64,000 nucleotides of DNA from Zootoca vivipara (Eukaryota), in contig NC_083280.1 in the NCBI RefSeq assembly GCF_963506605.1, positions 47,740,001-47,804,000 of the forward strand. Direction: 5' to 3'. The notes beneath the pieces were generated by a model. That model made no database searches and was not told the origin of the DNA. It saw only the letters and a list, made by a program, of their open reading frames with translations. Both the position numbers and the translations under genes were made by a program. This document shows, in pieces, positions 11,081 to 23,857 of the stretch. Position 1 is the first letter of the stretch. Every line of letters begins with the position of its first letter.

Positions 11081-12974
11081 GTAGGTCATTTTTTGTGTGT
11101 TTACTAGTCACTTTTTTAAAAAATTAAGACTGTACAATTGCTTGAGTGTCCAGTCCTGCCAATGATCATGCTCCACTTGGGCCTGCCCTGCTGCAATTCA
11201 GTGTAATAGCTCAATTCCCCTTGCTGTTTCAACACTGCCATATGGGGTCTGTGGGTGCTAGTTTGGCAAGAATGCTTTCTGATAGTGTCTTCTTGCTTGT
11301 TTCTGTGAAGCATGAGGGCTGGGTGACTTCCCAATGTTTGTGATACGATACATTTTCTCACTGACGCACATAAACACACACAGCAGCACCCCCTTCCCAG
11401 TTACATCCCTCTTCCAAGCCCTTTGACTGGAAATTGTTGGGTAAGTTTCTTGTCCTAAACTGGAAGCTAGAACTCTCAGCCTCCCTCCTCTCACTACCCT
11501 GGCATTCTCCTTATATGGTGTTGTGAATAATAACTGCAACACTTCGCACACAGTCTGCCTTTTTAGAGACAATTTTGAGCTCTGGATTCACACAAATCAC
11601 TACAAATCAATTCAGGACATCTCAGCCCACTCTGTAATGATTTGTAGCTGTCCTCATCTTTTCCAGATTGTGCACAAATCACCCCTATTAGGCTCAGGAC
11701 TCAGCCAGGTCAGTTGGACAGCCCTATGGGCAACTTTTAGTCTTAGCTCCATGACTTCCATTTGAATGAGAGTGGGCAAGTCAAAATATATTTTTATGGG
11801 AACACTGACAATTTTTTAAAAGAGGAGACAGGGACATTGCAAGGTGGGAGAGCTGCTGCAGCATAATAGCTATGAGACTAGGTTTTAATAAAAAAAAGGA
11901 TTGACTCTCAACTCCGTGGTAAAGTCACTAGGTAGCTTAAAATAACCCACTCTCTTTCTCTGTATCACACACCCACTGACAATATTGAGATTGCACTTAG
12001 TTCCTGCTAAAATCTATGGGATTTTAGCTAAGTCATGATTTACCCCTATTGATTTCAATTGGGCATAATTAATCTGGAGCCTACTCCTATTTCCTAAAAG
12101 GAAGCCTATTGCATAGCAATCTGATTTAAAACAGCAACACTTAAACAGCAGTAACTATCAAATACATATAAAAGGCCCAATATTTATTTTGCTTCTCTTA
12201 AACGACATTTCATCTAACGTACATAAAACACAGCTGTCAATTCCTGTACACACACAAAATAGTAAGTATGTGGCGTAAACACATCCATCAAATTTGAACT
12301 TCACTTTAAAGTCACTTCTGAATTTATGCTTTGTAGGGTTAAAAGGGGGTTGCATTAATGCATGTCTTGCTGAGTATATGTGTCTAAGTATCAGGCACAT
12401 GTGTCACATCAGCATTTACAAAAACCTGTCAAATTGATCTTATTGAGCAGCTGTGACTCAGAGCCGCTAATACCTTGATGGCACAATTCACCTGTCTTGA
12501 ATCAGATAGTTTCATTTCTGGGTTCCTCAGATCATGAAATTGCACCCAACTGTTGTTAAAAATAGCCAACCAGAGGTCTGCACATCAGTCTCTGTATGCT
12601 TTTTAAGGCGAATGCTTCATCATGCAACAAGCTCATAAACAGTTATGGAAAAGGAATACTACTTAGCAGAAAGTAATTCTTGTTGAAACAGTCAGTGGAC
12701 TAACTGTTTCTATTACTAATTCATGCTTAGGTTACTTTATGTGCTTTTTTTCAGTATCGCATTACAAGAGCATAAGGAGAGAGAAAATACCCAGCCATCC
12801 TGGCAGAACGGCAGTTTGGGAAATAAAATCCTTGGAATGAACACCAGGGGAAATGGTATCTTCCTCCTCTGGAAGGTCTATTCTCTCTGAACTAGGAAAA
12901 GAAACCCCATACCTTTAATATTACAATTTAAATGTAAACTTCCATAAGGACAATATCTGTATTGACTGCATATT

Positions 12975-13102
12975 CCATGGATACAGATCCTGTGCAACTC
13001 GGTATGATGTTGGATTCTCAACCCCTAGCATCCCACACCACTGGACTTGCTGGCTGGAGTTGGAGTCCCACATCTGGAGGGCCACAGGTTCCCCCGACAC
13101 TG
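12975..13102. mobile_element. Degenerate hAT MITE (older relative of the 136-bp family)
   Basis: CATCTGGAGGGCCACAGGTTCCCC end and GATGTTGGA...CCCC core. Confidence 0.55.
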
Positions 13103-14367
13103 ATCCTTGGCATATCACCATCCCCCTGATGGAAGAATCCTCTTGGAATGATGACCTGGCGCTCCCCAAGGCAAACATCATGGAGGAGGAGACCATGTCA
13201 AGGGACCACCAGCTAGTACAGGTGGATCCAGGATCCTCAGGGGGATATAGCAAGCCAAACTTCTCTTCAAGACACTGGTTCCTTCATGGAACCAGACACA
13301 GAATCCCAGTGTTCACCTAAGAAACAAGGACTCGGTAAGATACTCCTCAGGGGAAGATCAAATCCTCGGCCAACCAAAATTACCTGCAGGCTGGGCTTCT
13401 GAAAGCTCAGGCTTAAAAGCCTTCAGTTCCAGTACAGAGTACTGGAATTGTGTCTTTACAACAGCTCTCTGCTTTGCGTCTTCATGTTTCTCTAGCTGAT
13501 CCTTGGATCCCCACTCCCCAACCCCTTCCCATGTTGGCTTTGGACTGCCTAGACCTTGCTGCCCATGGGGTTAAACAACAGATTGCTGTCTGCGATCCCA
13601 GTACTGTCAGTTGTTAACTCGCAGCTGTTCTGCCTGTGTGCCACCTGCAGCAGGGCACCTATGCCTTTGTTTGGCATAGATTATTATCTGACACATGGTA
13701 CTTCTGATTCACCATTGAATATATATGTATGACACTATATTAAAAATGAACAGGTTGATACCTGCAAATATCGACAACTACATTTTATCTCTCACATCAG
13801 AAAGTAGCATACAGTATGTACTCATCTTAACCCTGGATTGCCAATGGTGTTGTCTCAAATTGTAAAAGGACATTTTACAATATGGAAATTCCAGGTAGTC
13901 AGCCATAAAATTTTGCACGTTGCTATCTTTCAAGCTATCTTGTAGGATTGTTGTGAACATAAAAATACACTCACCCTTCAGCTCTCTATATTGGACAAAC
14001 AGGCCAAACCCTACGCCAAAGGATAAATGGGCATAAATCTGACACCAGGAATGACAAGACAGAGAAACCAGTAGGAGAACACTTCAATCTCCCAGGACAT
14101 TCTATACAAGATCTCAAAGCAGCTGTTTTATTACAGAAAATTTTCAGAAACAGACTGGAAATTGCAACTCATTAGCAAGCTTAAAACCATGGAGCCACCT
14201 GGTATGAACAGAGACATAGGATTCTTATCTCATTATGCATGATCAAGCTTTCTTTAGCACCTCAGCCCAGGACTAATTGCAGCCATCAGCAGCCATTAAC
14301 AGCCATCTACAGGTTTACCACTCCCACCAGCCCATCACCCATTCCCACCCACCCCCACCACCCTCTG

Positions 14368-14377
14368 TATATATATA
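14368..14377 (+). promoter_or_regulatory. Putative TATA box in PLE pLTR
   Basis: TATATATATAGG about 25-30 nt upstream of the point where three derivative copies begin. Confidence 0.5.
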
Positions 14378-14401
14378 GGGTCTGACACTTCTGTTTCTAG
14401 T

Positions 14402-14439
14402 GTATCTGAAGAAGTGTGCATGCACACGAAAGCTCATAC
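14402..14439 (+). ncRNA. Minimal type I hammerhead ribozyme motif (PLE type)
   Basis: GUAU-CUGAAGA-A-GUGUG(CAUG)CACAC-GAAA-GC-UC/AUAC: intact core, 4-bp stem I, 5-bp stem II, vestigial palindromic stem III (AGCU); predicted cleavage after 14435. Confidence 0.8.
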
Positions 14440-14619
14440 CAAAATAAAAACTTAGTTGGCCTTTAAGGTGCTACTGAAGGAATTTTTTTATTTTGTTTTG
14501 ACTCAGACCAACACGGCTACCTACCTGTAACTAGACCTATGGAGGAAGGGCATGATAAAAAAAATTAGCAAATAAATAGTGAATGCAGTGAATGCAGAGG
14601 TAGTGATCTAGCTATTTCA

Positions 14620-15050
14620 AGCAGTACTCCTGTATAGGAATCGTATTCCCAATACCCAGCCTTATGATTATCAGCTTGTGGCAACACAAGAGTTGGGCTT
14701 TTCCACTGCTGGCACCAGTGTTGTAGGATGCTCTCCTTGCTGAAATATAGGAGGCTGCATTGGTGCATTGGAATTCGCTTTTGCGGGCTCTGGAAGACGC
14801 ACCTCTTTAGACAAAAGTTTCCCTGATCTCCTGACTTGAATCTTCTGCTTTGTTGTTTTAACTGTTGCCCTGTTTTAATGTGCTCATTTATTATATATTT
14901 CAAATGTGGATGTTATCATGTAGTTATATTATGTATGGGTAACTGTAATTTTATAATTGCTTTTGTTCCAGTTATTTTGCTGTTGGCTTTTGTTTCTTTG
15001 CAAATCACCTTGGCATTTCTTCTTGAAAGGAAAGGTGACATATAAATTCT
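14620..15050 (+). mobile_element. Degenerate L2 3' end
   Basis: GGGCTTTTCCACTGCTGGCACC...CTGGAAGACGCACCTCTTTAGAC followed by T-rich tail. Confidence 0.5.
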
Positions 15051-16155
15051 TTTAATAGTAATGGTGATGCTACTAATACCTAACATAGTATTTCTTATTT
15101 AATTTATTTCATGTCAAAATGCAAGAACCATTGGGGATGTCAGAGCTTAATTATTTTGCATTGGAAACACTGTCCAAATAACCCATCAGGCAAAGGCTGC
15201 ACCCTTGAAACCTTCAACTAATATTTATAGAAGAAACACTGTTTTTTCCACAGATAACAGGTTGATTTCAGGGACAAATAGCTTGGGGTATGTTTGTAAT
15301 TGTTGGCACTGGAAATGAATAACATTGCATGGTCTACTATGATTTCTATAATGGAACCAGGGAATGACTGTTAACTGAAGTGGCAAGAAGAGCCTAGCAC
15401 AGTGGACAGCAGTGCAGTAGCAAAAAGGTTTTGTTACATCTGCCAATCAGCCTGATAAATTGGAAGTGAACAAGTCCTCACCAATTTGACCTGTTTCCTT
15501 GCCTCCTTCCTAATCACAGCAATCAATAGCAGATTTTCCTTGGAGGAAAAGAAGGCTGCGTGAAAAAGGCTGGCTGATCAAGAGTTTCTTTGATTGTCTT
15601 GAACTGGCTTCTTTTTCTGCGTTGCCATCACTAGCGATAAGCCAATTTTACAGTTAATGTTGAAAGGCTGTATTGGTCACAGGAATGAAAGAGAAGTTAC
15701 AAGTACAAGGATACTTTGCTCTCAGCTCAGGGTTGCTGGGAAAGGGAAAATAGGACGGCACAGGAGGATTTCTTCTACTTTATGGTTAAAATGCAGGGAA
15801 GAACTTTGTTGCAAGTGGGATTGAAAGAACTGCGGCAAGAGGTAATATTTGCACTAGAGCACCTTCAATGCAATGCATTTTACTTCTTAGGGCAGGCTTC
15901 CAAACCCTGCTGCCCTCCAGATATTTTGCACAACAACTCCAGTAAGCCTTCAACTCATGGAAGGCTGAAAAATGAAAGAGGCAGGTGATGTGCCAAAAGA
16001 GGTGGGACGTACGCAAGCACCACAATTTTATCATGTGAAGGAATATAATGCCCAAGCAGGGCTAGAGGCACAACGGAATGCCTTATCACTGGCTAAACAC
16101 ATTTAATAGAGTGTGTGAGTGAAATAATTCAGCAGTAAAAATTATGCATCTTGGC

Positions 16156-16188
16156 ACATACACATACACATACACATACACATACACC
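16156..16188. repeat. (ACATAC)n microsatellite
   Basis: About 5 hexamer units. Confidence 0.9.
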
Positions 16189-16411
16189 CACATTGCAGAT
16201 TCTCAGTTCTCAATGGGCATTTTGTTTTTGTTTAATGGTATGTTCTCATTACCACCCTGGAATCCAATGACGTTGGTTCCCCCACCCTGGGGCATTTCAC
16301 AGCTGTTCATATCAGCATGGCTTCAGGGGTGTCAGGCTCATTGCTGTTTGTGTATATACCAGGGGGTGTTGATGGCTGGGGATGTCTTTACCCCAAGCTA
16401 AGGTGGCTAGA

Positions 16412-16765
16412 TGGAATGCAGGTGGCACTGTGGGTTGAACCACTGAGTCTAGGGCTTGCTGATCAGAAGGTCAGCGGTTCGAATCCCTGCGACGGGGTGA
16501 GCTCCCGTTGCTCGTTCCCTGCTCCTGCCAACCTAGCAGTTCGAAAGCACGTCAAAGTGCAAGTAGATAAATAGGTACCACTCCAAGCGGGAAGGTAAAC
16601 GGCGTTTCCGTGTGCTGCTCTGGTTCGCCAGAAGCGGCTTTGTCATGCTGGCCACATGACCCGGAAGCTGTACGCCGGCTCCCTCGGCCAATAACGCAAG
16701 ATGAGCGCTGCAACCCCAGAGTCGGTCATGACTGGACCTAATGGTCAGGGGTCCCTTTACCTTTT
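16412..16765 (+). mobile_element. Sauria SINE, full length
   Basis: tRNA-like head with B box GGTTCGAATCC, core GTGCAAGTAGATAAATAGGTACC, BovB-like tail ending (ACCTTT)n; 13-bp TSD TAAGGTGG(C/A)TAGA. Confidence 0.93.
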
Positions 16766-18954
16766 TAAGGTGGATAGAGATGACTTAAGAATGGCTTAAG
16801 GACTCCCTTTGCTATGAAGCCAGTTGTGAAACAATGCATCAAATATTAGTATTGATTCCTGCACCACAGGGGACAACAGCACACCTCCATTCCTCCGCAG
16901 TGAACCGGAAGAGGATACATATGCAGTTTTGATAACGTGTGAACACAGTTTACAATCCCAATACTGGAAATCCAGTGAATGCACAACACATTAAAGGGGA
17001 GTGTTGTGTGCACAGCCTAAATTCCTGGCAATCATGCATCTGCTAACCACTGGTCAATGTTAGGTTGTGCCAGTACCTTTTTATGATGTGGTTCCAAGTT
17101 TCGCTCCTCCTCTTCCTCCTCCTTTAAAAAAGGTAAGTAGAGTACTGGGTATTTGTACAACTAGTGAATTGTGGCATAAAAGCACTACAGACTTTATTGG
17201 ATTGAGTCATAGTTCAGAGGAGGATTTGCTCCACATTCATGCACCCACCAGTTTTCCTGTCAATTCACTTTCAGCAGCTCAGTATAATGCTTTCATTCCC
17301 CATCCCCCAAACTTAAAAAAAGGAAAAACCTGTTGAGAGGTTTTGCAAAAGAGGGAAGAGATTGCAGCACGACAAATGGAAGTTCTTGAGGGCTGTTGCT
17401 AGCAAGCTACATGCTTCCTCTAGGGAGCACAGCTGTGGTCGTTTAAAAAATTCTAGGAGATATTATTCTGTGTTAGAACAGGGTATAAATTTAAATAAAA
17501 CAGAAGAAGTTTAGCAAGGAAGTTCCCAGAATCTTGTTTATATGTGTGCAGGTGTCTGATAATGATTATTAAAACGCAGAGCATAATTATAAAAAAGGAA
17601 AGGGGAAAAGGCAGATATTTGTTATATAAGCTGAGCTCTAGGGACTGTTTTACAAGCTCTGTGAGGCTGCGGTTGGTCTTTAAGGTTATGTGGTGTTCTG
17701 GTCCTGCTGTTTTAGAGGATAATAGGACAAGCAGCTTTTAGTTACAGATAAGAATTCTGTGTTTTAGAATAGCTCTAGGGAGATTCACCAGCTGGCCAAT
17801 TATTGGTTTGCAAGGATTTCCCACAGAAAATGCAATTTCACTCGGGTCAGCTTCAGTGTGAAATGTATTACTATTATTATTATTCCTAAAGCAGGGAATG
17901 TGTATAATTATCAAGAAGGACTTTTAAACCTTGCTTGTTCTTGTGTTTAGAACAAACACGTGTGGCTGTGCCTAAACAAAAACAGATGGCCAGTTGCCAA
18001 CATCTTATTGTCAGAAGCAGTTTCATGGCTTGCTATTTGTCATTGTGTCAAAATTATAAGCCAACATGTACTTATTGCTCTCTACCCTCACTAAGCACTA
18101 TAAAGGTGTGTGTGACAGAAGGGCTTGCAGAAATAATATCTGTCGCTCGCATTCACTTCTCTTTTTAGTGCTTAGTCAAACCTATAATTACATTCTATCC
18201 CAAAGTGTCTTCCATTAGTCACTAAGTAACCATAATACTCTTCACAATTTGTGCTTGTGAGCTCAACCTGCCAATTTAGGATCTTCCATTAGGATCTTCT
18301 TACATCATTCCCTAGATAACTATAATATTATGGTTATCTGTGCATACAAGCTCCAATTTCAATTCTACCCGTACACACAGACCTCCCAGATTTTAGGGTG
18401 CTCCTGGTGGAATAATGCTAAGCTCATCTTCAGAAGTCTGTGGCCACTTGCTTCCCAGATGCTCTCTCTCAGCTTTACAGCCAAGTCATAGCAGAGAGTA
18501 ATCCTCTTGCAAGAGAGACTGTGGAGACCATAATATGCGACAATAGATCAGGCAGAGAGCACGCTTTTGGCAAAGGGTATCCTGTAGCTACAGAAGACGA
18601 GATTGTGAAGAAATGGAAACTCCACCTTTATTTCCCCCATTTGTCACAACTTTCCCTTCCTTTGCTTGGGGCCAGGAATCTGGGAGATTCTTCAAGACTC
18701 TCTTATCTCCCTCTTCAGTTCCATGTGAATTCCTGCAACTGAAAAAAAGGAGCTCTGATAGTTTTATCTTTGCTTATAGTTTGCCCTGTTTCCCAAAATT
18801 CAGTGGACTGTAAGTATTGACAATGAAAGAGAATGCAAATGTTATTTAGTTCAAACCAGTGCAAATGGAATGTGTGAATAAACAACATCAGACAAGTCTT
18901 TGTTTAAAATGAAAAAAGGAAGATGGAAAGATAAAGACACCCACATAGCCAAGG

Positions 18955-19640
18955 ATATTTATTTAGTTATTTACCAGAGGTTTATATCCTGCCTTCTTGA
19001 AGTCAGTGCATCACTCAAGGTGGTTTACATAAATTTAAGTGACAATCTGACAGTGAAACCACAGCAAATGTTCCCATAGCAAAATGAAATCTCGGGGAAA
19101 TACAACAGAGGCAGGGATGGCAGATAAAAAACAGTCTTCAAATGAAAACATTTTCTATCTGGCAATGCAAAAGCCTTCTCAAATGGAAAGGTCTTTACTA
19201 GCCTGCAGAAAACAGTAAAGGAGAAGGCTAGCCCAAATGTCATGGGGCGCAATGTTCCACAGCTTGGGTGCTGGAATAAAAAAGGCCCCCTGTCTAGTTA
19301 GTCCCTGCCAGCTGCACTTTCATCATAGGTGGGACACAGAGAAAGGCATATTCACCAGATCATTGTCAATGAGCAGCCTGGAACAGGAAAGGTGCTTTTA
19401 GGTATCCTGGACCCAAAACATTTAGAATCACAGTGGTTCTCAATTAGCTAAGTGCTGCTGATTTTCAAAAGCCAAGTCCCTTCTTTTGGACCCCCTACTT
19501 TTGATATCTCTATGGTAGTTTTTGATGTGTGAATGGTGCCACAGACTACCTGGGTGGGTTGCATGGAACCCCTGAGGTCTGCAGACCACTAATTGAGAAC
19601 TAATGATTTAGAGCTTTGAACCAACACTTTGTATGTTCAC
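18955..19640 (-). mobile_element. L2 3' remnant interrupted by a hAT MITE
   Basis: Reverse-strand tail TTTATATCCTGCC...CTCAAGGTGGTTTACA and GTTCCACAGCTTGGGTGC...AAAGGCCC. Confidence 0.6.
19431..19605. mobile_element. hAT-Charlie (MER20-like) MITE
   Basis: TIRs CAGTGGTTCTCAATTAG / CTAATTGAGAACTAATG; ATTTAGA on both sides (left copy offset by 3 nt). Confidence 0.7.
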
Positions 19641-19899
19641 CTAGCCCCAGGTAACAATTGCCGGAAGCATATGCTATACAAGCAATGCAAATCAGAACCG
19701 CATGAGGTTTCTGCCAACTGGCAATGTGTATATGGCTTTTAAATTGCCCATTCCTATTAGATGCTGTACTTTTTATGTAAAATTTGTGTGCCACTTAACT
19801 ATAAATTTGGTTTACAAAGAATAGGAAAAAAATACATTAAAATTGTCAATAAAATTCAATGTAAAATATTGATAAAAAAGCAAAATGAAATAAAATAAA

Positions 19900-20650
19900 A
19901 TAATACATTATGAGCTAAAAGCACAGATTATAAGCTAAAAGCGCACAGTTTTTTGCAGGTACTGTACTGAAAAGAATACAATGAAGGCACCTGTCTAATG
20001 TCAATGGGGAATGAATTCCAGAGTGTTGGAACTGCTACACTAAAACATGAGTTCCTTAAAAAAAAAACTAAAACATGAGTTCCTTAGAAGAGCAGAAGAA
20101 ATTTTATGTGCAAGTTCTAAGTGGTTGAGTAGGCATATATAGGGTAAGACCCACTTCAAATATACTTGTTCCAAGTTGTTAAGGGGCTTTATATACTAAT
20201 AGTAACACCTTGGTCTGGGAACGAAATTGGCAGCCAGTGCAATCTCTGAGAAGGTGTGTTGCTCCTGTCAGCAACCATGCTGCAGCATTCTGCAATAACT
20301 TTAGCTTCTGAATCAAGCGGAAGGGAAGTCCCACATAAAGCACATTGCAATAATCCAGTCTTGAAGTTATTGGTACTTATGCTACTGTGGTCAATCTCTT
20401 CCAGTCCAGGAACCACCACAACTGTTGTACCAGCCAGAGCTGATAGAGGTCACTTGAACCCTCTGTCAGGATCATGCTGGATCTAGTAGTACCTCCAGAC
20501 CACATACCTGCTCTTTTGGGGGGAGTGCAACCCCATGTAGGGTAGACAATTGGCCAGTTCCTTGGACATACGAACCATTTACCAACATATGGTTCTGCTG
20601 TAGGATAAGTGAAATGTTGAAAGACTCTTTCTGGGATACTACTTGGAAAC
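19900..20650 (-). mobile_element. L2 LINE ORF2 C-terminal remnant
   Basis: Minus-strand frames give [34 protein letters not shown] and LHWLP. Confidence 0.8.
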
Positions 20651-20693
20651 TTCAGGTGGAAACCAATCTGATCTACTCTGTGTGACAGTAAGG

Positions 20694-20955
20694 CATGGGG
20701 CACCAACTTTGGGGGGCCGGGGACACATTTGGAATTTTGAGAAAGTTCTGTAGGCACCACGTACAAAATGGCAGCTGTGTATGTGTGTGGGGGGGAGGTG
20801 GCATAACACAAAATGGCTCCAACTCTAAAAGAGCAGGGGAAAGTGATAGGAACACAAAATGATGTGGATATTTCCCTCCCTTTGAGCAATGTGCATCTTT
20901 GAAAGAATATTTACTGAGACTTTTCATGGGCACCTTAGGTGTTGTCAGGCATACA
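20694..20955. mobile_element. Degenerate hAT element related to 4509-4882
   Basis: Starts CATGGGGCACCAACT; end GGGCACCTTAGGTGTTG resembles GGGCCCTTAGGAGTTG; no clear TSD. Confidence 0.4.
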
Positions 20956-22116
20956 GGCATTTGTGGGTGCTAGTTTGCCAAGCCCTGCAGTATAAATGCA
21001 GGAAATAACTTTGGGAAAGTAGTGTCTTCCTACAACTTTCTCTCTTTTTTCTTTCCTGATTGTACAGAGCAAGAAGCAGAGGATTAATGTGTTTATATGC
21101 TGAATTAGATAGGGTCTTGGTAACAAGCTGCTAGCAAGTGGTCTTTTTAGCACCTCTGTCAAAAGACTGTCAAGAAATAAGATCATTTCCCTTGTACCTT
21201 AGTCTGTACCTTAGTGCCAGAGTCTTTGGGAACAATAAGGTTAGCACTAATATATTCAAAATGAATATGGAGCATATTTTTTGAAAATATACTAGAAGGA
21301 TTCATTTCATATTCACAGCGTCTGTGACCTATCAGGTCTTTTTTGCTTATAATTTGCAGATGGCTGTCTTCACTTGCTCTGTAGATCTGAACGACCCTTA
21401 CAGTCACTGAAGTGCAAGAGGGCAGGAAATTTTAGCAACCGTCCAGCAATTAAATTATACTCTCCTTTCTTCAGTCTACTTCTGATACCAAGGCAATTTT
21501 AACACCATATTTTGGAAGTTGCAAAAGATACTGTAAATTCACAAATTCAGTCCATCCTTTGTAGTTAGGCTGAATGTATCCTGTGTCAAATAACAGAGGC
21601 CTGGCCACCCATGGGTCAGTTTTTGTCTTGTAGAAGGAAAAATGGGGCAGAATTTCATGTAGCACTAAGTCAATTATGTGTATGGGAAAGGAAGTCCACT
21701 CACACAATGGAGTGTTCCCTGGCTCTCTCCTCCACCTTCCTCTGGCAGGTGAAGGCCTTCCTATTCCAACAAACTTTTGGGGATGGACGGCTTTTAAGGG
21801 GCAGGGCAGGGCACAAGGTGGGAGAGAGCGGGGGAAGTCCTGTTGCATGAGCAGACCTCGTTCCACACATGTAGAAATTAAGTTGAATCACGCTCAATAT
21901 TTTGATCTTATTTATTGAAATTATATCATGCCCTATACCTGGAGGTCTCAGGGCAGTTCACAGAACAAAATCAAAATATAAAACCATAATATATATAATC
22001 AAAATAAAACCAGCAACCCAATAATACCCCCTACAACCCAACAACACCCCTGGATGTTCTATTCTAAATGAATGATCATTGGGACAGGAAGTGGGGAGAG
22101 GAGAGCTTCAGATATA

Positions 22117-22305
22117 CAGTGGTACCTCGGTTTACAACCACAATTGGTTCCAGAAGTCTGTACTTAACCTGAAGCGTACTTAACCTGAAGTGAACTTTCC
22201 CATTGAAAGTAATGGAAAGTGAATTAATCCGTTCCAGATGGGTCCGCGGTGTTTGTAAACCAAGGTGGTTGTAAACCGAGGTGGTTGTAAACCGAGGTAT
22301 GACTG
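22117..22305. mobile_element. Tc1/mariner (Tigger-like) MITE
   Basis: TIR CAGTGGTACCTCGGTTTACAACCAC / GTGGTTGTAAACCGAGGTATGACTG; TA TSD; internal 16- and 17-bp tandem duplications. Confidence 0.9.
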
Positions 22306-22662
22306 TATGTGAATTTGAGCCCTTTAGTAAAATGCTACTATTTAAATCCAGATTTTATTTTGTAATGTGGATGATTTCACTCATTGTCATCCCACCACCA
22401 CTGCTCGCACTCTGAGCTTTTCCCCCTTTGTGGTTCCCCAGCTGGTCCTCCCACCATTCCTGTGTCCAACCACAGTAGCCTGCTGAACATCCACTGCCAC
22501 ATCCACTTTTGCTTCCAGCCCCACCCAATCCTGGCTTGTGGTACTGGAAGGTTTCTCATGCAAAATGCAGCCCTCTGATTGAAAAAGTTATATGCTACCT
22601 GGAACCATGTATGAGAAACTGTGGGACAGCAGCCCCAATGTCATTCTAGGTAAGAAATAAAG

Positions 22663-22800
22663 TAGGGGTGGGGAACCTTTAGTTCTTCATATATTGTTGG
22701 TCTCCAGCTCCCATCAGCTCCAGCCAGCATGACCCAATGATCAGGGATAGTGAGAGTTGCAGTTCAACATCTGTAGAGCTGCAAGTGTCCCATATTTGGC
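22663..22800. mobile_element. Degenerate hAT MITE
   Basis: AGGGGTGGGGAACCT start and CTCCCATCAGCTCCAGCCAGCATG core. Confidence 0.6.
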
Positions 22801-23857
22801 CTACACCATCAATATAAATGCAGTCATTATGGAAACCTGCCAACCTCCCTGAAATAAACCATCTACAAGACGGGAGTCCTGATGTTGCTGACATGTGTGT
22901 CATTACTACAATAAATGTGATAAGCCCACAATAAATTATTTCAGGACTGCAGACTTCTGCGTCTCTGTATTCTCTGTTTCATGCTGCTTATCCCAAACTA
23001 CATATTTATGCATTATCTCAGCTTCCATTGTTCTGTTAATTGTTGGGGGGAAATGGCTTTAAAAAATTGTCATGCCTGACAAGTTCGTAAGTACTCTTTT
23101 AGCTAATTGCCTATCTGTCTTGCTTCCATGAGTTGCTGCCCTACAATGTCGTGTTTCCATCATGGTTCCGTTCATTACAATAATGTTGTCAGGCTAAGCT
23201 TTGGCTCTGTTGGACATTCCATTTTTGTATGTGGTGCAGGAGGAAGGGAACACAAAAGAGGAGACAAGAGGTTTTCTTTCAGGACATTTAATCACAACCA
23301 GCTCTGGCCCTGGGGAGAAAAACAACACATGCCATTTCAAGTTACTAGCTTTGAGGGGGGAAGAGATGACATCTGCTTGGTATGAGACAGATGGGCCACA
23401 GATGTAGCCAGGGCAAAGGGCTTTGCGCTACCCAACACACTAGCCTCGGAGCCAAGGAAGGCAGCTCCTGTGGGAAATGGCTGAACAGTCTCCAAGCCAC
23501 ATTTGTTTCTTTTTGCTGATGCCTCCAGCAATGGAAATACAAAAAGCATTTGCAGTGTTGCACTTCTACCATGAAGTCCGTCGTGATAACATTTTTAAAA
23601 GCCTGATGTTTCAAACGGCTCCTCTGCAACCATATAAAAAGCAGGCTGCTCTCCTTGGTACTGAAATGGTGTTCCTGCTTATAATCCTCGTGGCCCTTAT
23701 TTACAAAATCAAATATACAATTGGGTTGACTCTCTGCAAAGTGCATCATGTTTTTAAACCCCTCTTAACTCCCCCTTCTCAAAATTTATCTAATCTGGGG
23801 AAGACCTCCTCCAGAACTGTCAGAATGCCAATCCCTCTATTTTGGAGGGGACAAAAT

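Larger units (their letters stand above)
13975..14532 (+). mobile_element. Penelope-like retroelement, 5'-truncated (GIY-YIG endonuclease end plus 3' pLTR)
   Basis: 13975-14242 translates PSALYIGQTGQTLRQRINGHKSDTRNDKTEKPVGEHFNLPGHSIQDLK...(frameshift)LQLISKLKTMEPPGMNRDIGFLSHYA*; not in the ORF track; 3' part matches the 5314, 36400 and 56697 copies. Confidence 0.92.

Noticed and set aside
13110-13620. Solo LTR-like segments (also ~420-960)
   Set aside because: Composition is suggestive but I could not fix TG...CA ends or TSDs
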